Source: Balneolaceae bacterium (GTDB lineage: Bacteria; Bacteroidota; Rhodothermia; Balneolales; Balneolaceae). Taken from it: DNA of 32,000 bases. The position numbers and the translations under genes were made by a program. The notes under the pieces are model-generated. The model was given only the letters and a program-made list of their open reading frames with translations, ran no database searches and was not told the DNA's origin. This document shows, in pieces, positions 25,240-32,000 of this stretch. How positions within the stretch are numbered: position 1 is the stretch's first letter; each line of letters begins with the position of its first letter. The stretch lies in assembly GCA_040877545.1 (NCBI GenBank), contig JBBDNN010000081.1:1-32000 (forward strand), read 5' to 3'.

Positions 25240-26393
25240 TGCGCGTATCCATAGTTAGTCATCTTTTCCCTACACAACATTATCCATTTCTTGGAAAGTT
25301 TATAAAAGATCAATTAATCCTGCTGAATGATGTAAATGAAATTACAGCAGATTTGATTGTTCCAACGCCATATTCGCTTCCTTTTACCCAAAAAAAAAGC
25401 AATAATAAATCTCCATTACTTGCAGAAGATAATTTAAGTAACAGGCTCTTTTACCTATCAATGCCTAAAAAGAAATTTCCAAAAATAATTTCCCGATCGC
25501 TAGCAAACTCAATTCAGCAGTACTTCAGAAATAAGGTGTATGATATTATTCATATTCATTGGTTATATCCTGATGCACTTTGTATTCCAAAACTTCATGA
25601 AATGGGAAATAGATGTGTATTAACTATCCATGGCAGCGATTGGTATAAGAATGCGGAAAACTCTTATTTACTTCCACTATTTAAGCAGGTTTTTTTAAAA
25701 GCAGATTATGTTTTCTTTGTTGGCGATCAATTGCAGGATGATATAACTGCTCGGTTTCCAATACTGAATGACAAGTCATCTGTAATTTATAATTCAGTTG
25801 ATGGAGAGAAGTATTCCATTCCTACTTCAATAGAGAAAGATCAATCTTTAAAAGAATTAGGTTGGGATATTAGAAAAAAGCATTTCCTTTGTGTGGCAAG
25901 TTCACAGAAAGAGAAGGGAGTAGATTTATTAGTTCAAGCTGTAGGGAAAATCTCTGATGAATTTTCTGACTTTCAGCTTCATGTTGTTGGGTCAAATAAT
26001 CCGAAAATACTTAAGACGGAAAATTCATCAGGTAAAATTCATTTTCACCCAACAGTATCACCCGATGAACTCATAAAATATTATCACGCATCAGATGCCT
26101 ATATTTTACCAAGTAGAAAAGAGGGTTTTGGTCTTGCTATGATTGAGGCGGCCACTACAGGCTTGCCACTTGTAGCAAATCCAACTGGTATTGCTACGGC
26201 TTTTATTGATGAGAATATAGGAATTCTTGGTGATGAAATTAGTTCAGATTCAATTGCCAGATCAATATCAAAGCTGATTCAAAATTTGGATAATTATTCA
26301 AGAAGGTCTATCAGGGGAAAAGCGTTAGCACTCTTTGGGAAGGAAATATATCGCGATAGATTACTAAAGCAGTATCAAATATTAATTGATTAA
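25239..26393 (+). CDS. Glycosyltransferase family 4 (GT-B fold)
   Basis: The C-terminal domain carries SRKEGFGLAMIEAATTGLPLVA (the E-x7-E region). The ATG overlaps the wzx stop in TAATG. Confidence 0.8.
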   Translation: MRVSIVSHLFPTQHYPFLGKFIKDQLILLNDVNEITADLIVPTPYSLPFTQKKSNNKSPLLAEDNLSNRLFYLSMPKKKFPKIISRSLANSIQQYFRNKVYDIIHIHWLYPDALCIPKLHEMGNRCVLTIHGSDWYKNAENSYLLPLFKQVFLKADYVFFVGDQLQDDITARFPILNDKSSVIYNSVDGEKYSIPTSIEKDQSLKELGWDIRKKHFLCVASSQKEKGVDLLVQAVGKISDEFSDFQLHVVGSNNPKILKTENSSGKIHFHPTVSPDELIKYYHASDAYILPSRKEGFGLAMIEAATTGLPLVANPTGIATAFIDENIGILGDEISSDSIARSISKLIQNLDNYSRRSIRGKALALFGKEIYRDRLLKQYQILID

Positions 26394-27488
26394 ATTATTA
26401 TAGATATGCAATAATTTTTGCTCTTCCTGAGACCAGTTATATTTTTCTACTACTGCATTTTGTCCATTCTCACCCATTTTTTTTGCTTCTGCAGGATTTT
26501 GTGAAATCCAGATTATAGCTTCTGCAATTTCTTCGGGAATCATTGGATCAACTAAAACTCCACATCCATTTCTTTCTATAATTTGTTCCCATAGAGAAAA
26601 ATTAGATGCTATTACAGGCAATCCTGCATACATATATTCGAAGAGTTTATTTGGCTGTGCATCTATATGATTAGGAATTGGATGAAAAGTAACCAAACCA
26701 GCAATAGAGTCTGATGCGTACTTCTGAAAATCATTTCTATCAACCCAGCCAACAAAATTTACATACTTCCATCCAACTTCTTTTTTTAACTTATTTTCTA
26801 TTTCTTTCGGTGAAAATTTACCAGCTAAAATTAAATTAACATCAACAGATTCATTTGCTACTTCTACTGCTTTAATAATTTCTTTAACTCCTCGTACAAG
26901 GGTAAGATCACCAATATAAAATACATTAGTCTTGCCTTCTTTTGATGCCACTTCCGGCTTTTCTTTTTCTAAAATCGGAAAATTTTGAATGATCGATGTG
27001 TTATCTGAGGCCAGTCTTTTTTCAATGGCAGGTGTGACTACAATAAGATGATCAAACACAATTTTAGCAATTTGCTCCAGTGCATTTACACCCACAGACA
27101 TCATCTTTCTTTTCCCCTTGGGAATCCAATCTTTACCGAGTATATCTTTAGGCACATCTTCATGTACATCATATATAATTTTATACCTAAAAATTTTGAG
27201 GAATAACCCAATAGGGATAAGCTCAGGGTCGTGAAAATGAAAAATTGTTCCTTTTGGATATTTGAAACACTTTTTTAAAAGCAGTGGAATTATTCTAAAT
27301 ATTCTATCAGACTTTTTACGTGCTATAGGTAAGGCGTTTATATTAACACCTTCTTTTATTTCATCTTCAGGATGTTGAATAATAAGGTCTACATCAAACC
27401 CATGAACTGTTAATGATTTGCAAATTTTATGGAATATCCTGGTATCAAAAGAAGGATGAACTGAGGAAAGTTGAACAATCTTAGCCAT
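26382..27488 (-). CDS. Glycosyltransferase family 4 (GT-B fold)
   Basis: N-terminal VH...D.RIF.K and C-terminal NKLFEYMYAGLPVIAS are typical of a GT4 subgroup. Its 3' end overlaps the convergent GT4 gene by 12 nt. Confidence 0.75.
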   Translation of the reverse strand: MAKIVQLSSVHPSFDTRIFHKICKSLTVHGFDVDLIIQHPEDEIKEGVNINALPIARKKSDRIFRIIPLLLKKCFKYPKGTIFHFHDPELIPIGLFLKIFRYKIIYDVHEDVPKDILGKDWIPKGKRKMMSVGVNALEQIAKIVFDHLIVVTPAIEKRLASDNTSIIQNFPILEKEKPEVASKEGKTNVFYIGDLTLVRGVKEIIKAVEVANESVDVNLILAGKFSPKEIENKLKKEVGWKYVNFVGWVDRNDFQKYASDSIAGLVTFHPIPNHIDAQPNKLFEYMYAGLPVIASNFSLWEQIIERNGCGVLVDPMIPEEIAEAIIWISQNPAEAKKMGENGQNAVVEKYNWSQEEQKLLHIYNNLIN

Positions 27489-27508
27489 TATATATTTGTT
27501 CTTTCATG

Positions 27509-28582
27509 CTAATTGACAAGCCCTTTGATTTCAACCATCATTTTTTCAGTAACATCTTCACCAAAAATGTCCCTATGTGGTTGTAAGGGAGTAAAATTCT
27601 CAATTTCAGCATGGAAATCTTTTGCAGAGGTTGAAATAAGTAGATTCCATCCGGCTTCAACTGTTTCAATCCACTCTGTTTCAGGTCTAAGGGTGATACA
27701 GGGTTTCTTTAAGATATAAGCTTCTTTTTGAATACCACCGGAATCTGTAATTATTTTATTTGAATACATTAATAATTTAACAAAATCTAAAAATCCTAAA
27801 GGCTCTATCAGCAGTATATTATCCTCAACTTTTATTCCAAAATCAGAAATTTTTTGCTTTGTTCTTGGATGAACAGGAAAAACTACTTTTTTTTCCAACA
27901 TATTTAATTCATCTAAAATTTTTACCAAGTTTTTTTTTTGATCTACATTATATGGACGATGTAAGGTAGCAGTATAATAGGATTCTTCATCCAATTTTAA
28001 ATCAAGTAAAACTTTAGAGTTTTTTTCTGCTATTTCACAATTATTAAGAAGACTATCTACCATTATATCACCGGTCAACCTACTGTTGCTTCTCAACCCT
28101 TCTTGCTCCAGGTTTTTAACAGCTGTTTCGGTAGGAGCTAACAATAAATCACTGACATGATCTGTCAAAACTCTGTTAATCTCTTCCGGCATTTCCCTGT
28201 TAAAACTCCTTAAACCAGCTTCTATGTGTACAATAGGAATTTGTAATTTTGATGCTGCTAAGGCGCCGGCCAAGGTAGAATTTGTGTCTCCAAAAACTAT
28301 AACCATTTTCGGTTTTTCGTCAAGAAGTACTTGCTCAATTTTATTAAGCATATGTCCGGTTTGTGCTCCTTGCCGATCAGAACCTGTGGCTAAATTATAT
28401 TTAGGCACAGTAAGATTTAATTCATCAAAAAATACCGATGACATATTTTTATCGTAGTGCTGGCCTGTATGAATCACTACCTCATTAAAGGTAGAAGTTA
28501 GTTTTCTTGAAAGAGCAGATAGTTTAATAAACTGTGGTCTAGCTCCCACCACCACTACAATCTTCTTTCTATTCTTTACCAT
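27509..28582 (-). CDS. wecB: UDP-N-acetylglucosamine 2-epimerase (non-hydrolysing)
   Basis: GARPQFIK, HTGQHYD, GDTNSTLAGALAA, VHIEAGLRS, PEE.NR..TD, DSGG.QKEA are the canonical epimerase_2 motifs. Confidence 0.9.
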   Translation of the reverse strand: MVKNRKKIVVVVGARPQFIKLSALSRKLTSTFNEVVIHTGQHYDKNMSSVFFDELNLTVPKYNLATGSDRQGAQTGHMLNKIEQVLLDEKPKMVIVFGDTNSTLAGALAASKLQIPIVHIEAGLRSFNREMPEEINRVLTDHVSDLLLAPTETAVKNLEQEGLRSNSRLTGDIMVDSLLNNCEIAEKNSKVLLDLKLDEESYYTATLHRPYNVDQKKNLVKILDELNMLEKKVVFPVHPRTKQKISDFGIKVEDNILLIEPLGFLDFVKLLMYSNKIITDSGGIQKEAYILKKPCITLRPETEWIETVEAGWNLLISTSAKDFHAEIENFTPLQPHRDIFGEDVTEKMMVEIKGLVN

Positions 28583-29688
28583 TTAACTTTTGAGTTAAAA
28601 CTCATTTTCAACATTTGGTATCCATACCCGGAAAAATGGCCTAAATGCATAATTAATAAGGCAAAAAAAGAAAAAATTGCTATTACAGTAGGATGAGGAG
28701 CTTCTTTTTTTGAACTTTTCCAAACTTCAGCCTTCAAATAGCCATGTTCCTTAAACGATAACCTGATAGATTCAAAAAACAGAATAAAAAGAGCAGCACT
28801 AAGAATATAGCGTGAACCTAAAATTCCTTCTAAAAAAACACGATCAACTAATAGAAATAGTATCATTAATCCAACAAAAATAAAAGGAGCTTTACTTCGG
28901 AAAGGAATCTTCCCTCCATGCATTCTTGCTGTTAAAAACCTTCCTCTGCCGTAGCGAAAGTACTGCCTGAATAGTTGCGTAAAGCTTTTCCGCGGATAGT
29001 ACCAGAGTTTAATATCAGGACTTATATAAATTTTTCCATTTAATTCTTTCTGAATCCGAAAATTTATTTCTGCATCTTCATTGGTATGATTTGATTCTGT
29101 AAATCCTTTTAATTTCCTTAAATCCTCGGTACGAAAAGTACCCATCGGAACAGTATCAGAATATCCTTCATAGGTGGGATTGTAATGTTTGGCACCTCCA
29201 TTTCCCAACACACTTAAAACGGCAATTGCAGTTCCAGTTTGCACTAAATTGTAAGCAAGAAATCTGGCTGCACCACCAGCATTTCTGACATTTGGTATTT
29301 TCAAGCAATCTATACACTGTTTTATATAATCACTTCCATAATCACAATGTGCATCAGCTCTGAGGAATACTTCACCCTGCGCCTGATGGATCATTCTATT
29401 CAGCCCATATGATTGAAACTTCTCCGGATTTTCTACCAGCTTAACACGGGCATCTTTTTGAAACAACTCCTGTACTATTTCCCGGGTACGGTCTGTGCTT
29501 CCACCATCCGCTATCAATATCTCAATCAGGTTAGGATAGCTGGAGTTTAAAAAACCTGATACAACTCTCTCAATATGATCTTCTTCATTTAAAACCGGTA
29601 TACCAATGGTTACCGTAGGTTTTGCTGCAATATCTTGATGGTTCTGGCTAATATTTATTCGGAATTTTTTCGCTAAAGCTGGTTTCAC
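28576..29688 (-). CDS. Glycosyltransferase family 2 (ExoA-like) with C-terminal transmembrane segments
   Basis: IPVLNEE..I, IADGGSTDRT, NP......GLN and RADAH match the GT2/ExoA-like pattern. The last ~110 aa are hydrophobic. GTG start; the stop overlaps the wecB start by 7 nt. Confidence 0.8.
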   Translation of the reverse strand: MKPALAKKFRINISQNHQDIAAKPTVTIGIPVLNEEDHIERVVSGFLNSSYPNLIEILIADGGSTDRTREIVQELFQKDARVKLVENPEKFQSYGLNRMIHQAQGEVFLRADAHCDYGSDYIKQCIDCLKIPNVRNAGGAARFLAYNLVQTGTAIAVLSVLGNGGAKHYNPTYEGYSDTVPMGTFRTEDLRKLKGFTESNHTNEDAEINFRIQKELNGKIYISPDIKLWYYPRKSFTQLFRQYFRYGRGRFLTARMHGGKIPFRSKAPFIFVGLMILFLLVDRVFLEGILGSRYILSAALFILFFESIRLSFKEHGYLKAEVWKSSKKEAPHPTVIAIFSFFALLIMHLGHFSGYGYQMLKMSFNSKVKW

Positions 29689-29736
29689 AACTACTAATTT
29701 TCTGCATTGAATATAACAACTTCTGTTTCAAATGAA

Positions 29737-30687
29737 TTAAACCCTGTTCCCACCACTTAATAAATATAAAATTGCCATTCGTACGGCTACACCATTTGTA
29801 ACCTGGTCGAGAATTACGGCGCGGTCGCTGTCGGCAACATCACTTTCCATTTCCACGCCACGGTTAATTGGTCCGGGATGCATAATTTTAAAATCAGGAT
29901 ATTTCTCGAGATGTGAAAGCTTTATTCCAAATCGTTCGTGATATTCGCGAAGTGATGGAAAATACTCTGTTCCTTTTCCTTGTCGCTCTAGTTGTATTCG
30001 CAAAGCCATAGCTACATCACACCAAGCTAAAGTTTCTTCCAGGTTGTGTGATATTTCCACTCCCATATTATTCACGAAAACCGGCATCAGTGTTTTGGGC
30101 CCGCATAAAATAACATTCGCTCCCAGTTTTTTAAGTCCGATAATGTTTGAGCGCACAACTCTGCTGTGAGAGATATCACCTATAATTGCAATATTTTTTC
30201 CTGTTAGATCCGGATGCAGCGTTTGCATGGTGAACATATCCAGCAGCGCTTGTGTGGGATGTTCATGCGCTCCATCACCTGCGTTTAAAATAGCCGCATC
30301 CACACATTTGGTAAGAAAATAAGGTACTCCCGGACTTTCATGCCGTACCACCACCATATCAATCTTCATGGAGCTTATATTGCGGATTGTATCTTTTAGT
30401 GATTCCCCTTTTTTGGTGCTGGATGAACTCGTGGAGAAATTAACTACATCCGCACCCATTCGTTTTTGAGCCAATTCAAAAGAAAGCCGTGTCCGGGTGC
30501 TGTTTTCATAAAAAAGATTTACAATGGTCCTATCGCGCAGTGTCGGAATTTTGGGAACCGGCCGGTCTAATATCTCCCGGAAATATTTTGCCTGTTCAAG
30601 AACATATAAAATATCTTCTTTGGAATAGTCGGACAGTCCCAGCAGGTGCTTCTGTGAAAATTCATAGGTAGAAGAGGTATCACTCAT
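29737..30687 (-). CDS. pyrB: Aspartate carbamoyltransferase catalytic subunit
   Basis: STRTRLSFE, HPTQALLD and HPGPINRG motifs are present. Confidence 0.92.
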   Translation of the reverse strand: MSDTSSTYEFSQKHLLGLSDYSKEDILYVLEQAKYFREILDRPVPKIPTLRDRTIVNLFYENSTRTRLSFELAQKRMGADVVNFSTSSSSTKKGESLKDTIRNISSMKIDMVVVRHESPGVPYFLTKCVDAAILNAGDGAHEHPTQALLDMFTMQTLHPDLTGKNIAIIGDISHSRVVRSNIIGLKKLGANVILCGPKTLMPVFVNNMGVEISHNLEETLAWCDVAMALRIQLERQGKGTEYFPSLREYHERFGIKLSHLEKYPDFKIMHPGPINRGVEMESDVADSDRAVILDQVTNGVAVRMAILYLLSGGNRV

Positions 30688-31231
30688 TGTTATCTTCCTC
30701 CACTTCCACTACATAAACCGCATCTTCGCCATCCAGCTCTTTTACTTTTACGCGGACTTCTTCGTTTTCATAAGTAGGCACATACATTCCTTTATAATCG
30801 GCAGCGATGGGCAGTTCTCGGTGTCCGCGGTCAATCATGCAACAAAATTTGATGCTACGAGGGCGGCCGTACGACATCAACGCATCCATTGCCGAACGTA
30901 CCGTTCTGCCGGTATAAAGCACATCATCCACCAATACGATATCCCGGTCATAAAGATCAAAAGGAATTTCAGTGACCTTCACTTCCGGCATTTTCAGTTT
31001 AGAGCGATAATCATCCCTGTAAAAAGTAACATCCAACACGCCAAAATCAATTTCTGTCTCAAAGGTATTTTTAATTTCGCTGATAATTCGCTTTCCAATA
31101 TGTACGCCGCGTGTTTGCATGCCAATTACGGCAAGGCGGGAATTATCATCGTACGGCTCCAGGAATTGATGGGCAAACCGCAAATAAGTGCGGTCCAGAT
31201 CCTCGGATGTCATGATTTTAGCTTTATTCAA
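30680..31231 (-). CDS. pyrR: Bifunctional pyr regulator / uracil phosphoribosyltransferase PyrR
   Basis: The PRPP-binding loop VLVDDVLYTGRT is present. The N-terminus from the TTG start (MNKAKIM.SEDLDR...R.AHQ) aligns with my memory of B. subtilis PyrR (MNQKAVILDEQAIRRALTRIAHE), which supports the TTG. The stop overlaps the pyrB start by 8 nt. Confidence 0.88.
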   Translation of the reverse strand: MNKAKIMTSEDLDRTYLRFAHQFLEPYDDNSRLAVIGMQTRGVHIGKRIISEIKNTFETEIDFGVLDVTFYRDDYRSKLKMPEVKVTEIPFDLYDRDIVLVDDVLYTGRTVRSAMDALMSYGRPRSIKFCCMIDRGHRELPIAADYKGMYVPTYENEEVRVKVKELDGEDAVYVVEVEEDNNE

Positions 31232-31523
31232 GCGGGAGTTCCTTTTTGCTTTTGAGTGGCAAAGTTAGCGTTTGTACACAGTAAATGCCAAAGGGAAATG
31301 CGGTGCATCTTTGGGCTATACAAAGCAGCATGATCATCTTAAAGGAGATTCAAATTCTTGCACTATAATTTTTATAATTGCCCTTAGGCACGGCAGACTT
31401 TAGAAAATATTATAATGGCACCCCACAATCACCAACCAACCCTGTTGTTAGTCCTTTCATTTAGCTCCTAATCTCGGTATTATTGGCACCCCAAAAAATG
31501 CTTTAAAGACTAACACCGTATCC

Positions 31524-32000
31524 ATGAAAATACACGAGTATCAAGCCAAAGAAATTCTTGAGAAATACGGCGTTCCTGTTCCTGCGGGTATCGCCACCAC
31601 TACTGTTGAGGAGACAGTAGAAGCCGCAAAAAAATTGAAAGAAAATGGAGCCACTTTATTTGTTGTGAAGGCTCAAATTCATGCCGGTGGACGTGGGAAA
31701 GGCCGCACCAAAAAGAACAATTCGAAAGGTGTGGTGCTGTGTAAATCTATTGATGAAGTACGGGAAACAGCAGAAGCCCTTCTGGGCGATGTGCTGGTTA
31801 CCATACAGACAGGCGAGGAAGGACAGCTCGTTCAGCGCTTATATGTAACAGATGGTGTGGAGATAAAATCTGAGTTTTATCTCGGCATCTTGATGGACCG
31901 CGTAGTTAGTAAAAATGTAATTATGGTTTCAACTGAAGGCGGCGTAGAGATAGAAAAAGTAGCCGAAGACACTCCTGAAAAAATTGTTAAAGAATGGGTT
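31524..32000 (+). CDS. sucC: Succinyl-CoA synthetase beta subunit, N-terminal 159 codons. The CDS runs off the window and is absent from the ORF track because it has no stop.
   Basis: A manual translation from the ATG at 31524 gives [20 protein letters not shown]...[14 protein letters not shown]...[10 protein letters not shown], the canonical SucC ATP-grasp N-terminus. Confidence 0.92.
   Translation, partial: MKIHEYQAKEILEKYGVPVPAGIATTTVEETVEAAKKLKENGATLFVVKAQIHAGGRGKGRTKKNNSKGVVLCKSIDEVRETAEALLGDVLVTIQTGEEGQLVQRLYVTDGVEIKSEFYLGILMDRVVSKNVIMVSTEGGVEIEKVAEDTPEKIVKEWV

Noticed and set aside
31232-31420. I searched the pyrR leader on the minus strand for a PyrR-binding anti-antiterminator (the UCCAGAGAGG-type loop known from Bacillus) and an attenuator terminator.
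   Set aside because: There is no CCAGAGAGG-like motif and no hairpin followed by a U-run. Only a weak 6-bp stem (ccaaag/ctttgg) is present. PyrR-mediated attenuation cannot be supported here.
31416-31493. TGGCACCCCA occurs twice (31416-31425 and 31484-31493, 68 bp apart) upstream of sucC and resembles a sigma-54 -24 box.
   Set aside because: Neither copy has a TTGC/GC -12 element at the required spacing (the downstream sequences are cacAATC and aaAAAATGC). It may be a regulator site, but I cannot support a call.
1-32000. A window-wide check for CRISPR arrays, rRNA or tRNA genes, transposases or integrases, reverse transcriptases, toxin-antitoxin pairs and known defence-system hallmarks.
   Set aside because: I found none. 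All intergenic gaps over 150 bp were read on both strands (1984-2386, 5754-6005, 10058-10268, 11605-11878, 18764-18946, 31232-31523). They contain only the repeats and regulatory candidates listed above.

Overview
The window is about 32 kb of chromosomal DNA with roughly 40% GC. Gene content (DUF4293, a GxxExxY protein, a Cys-poor FmdB-like protein, almost no Shine-Dalgarno sequences) suggests the FCB group (Bacteroidota or Balneolota-like); this is a guess from content only. It is densely coding, with about 31 CDS. Left to right: coaD 3' end, a class I aminotransferase, a small GxxExxY (PD-(D/E)XK-like) gene inside a nest of palindromic repeats, an FmdB-like protein, an overlapping GbsR/MarR-YraN pair, a GlsB/YeaQ membrane protein, an orphan ABC ATPase, a SPOR lipoprotein, a three-gene partner-switching module (STAS, RsbW-like kinase, GAF-PP2C phosphatase), MltF, EamA, DUF4293, a tetR-tolC-MFP-RND efflux operon, a second EamA, a Wzx/Wzy-type polysaccharide locus (wza-like, wzz-like, wzy-like, wzx, GT4, then convergent GT4, wecB, GT2), pyrR-pyrB, and the sucC 5' end. 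I found no rRNA, tRNA, CRISPR array, transposase, integrase or recognisable defence system. I cannot point to one compelling undescribed system. The best leads are: (1) the GxxExxY cassette and its repeat architecture, (2) the partner-switching module with no sigma factor nearby, (3) an RND pump with an apparent extra two-helix insertion, and (4) an AT-rich, probably exchangeable glycosylation module wedged against pyrRB. All functional calls rest on remembered family motifs read from the translations; no searches were run.
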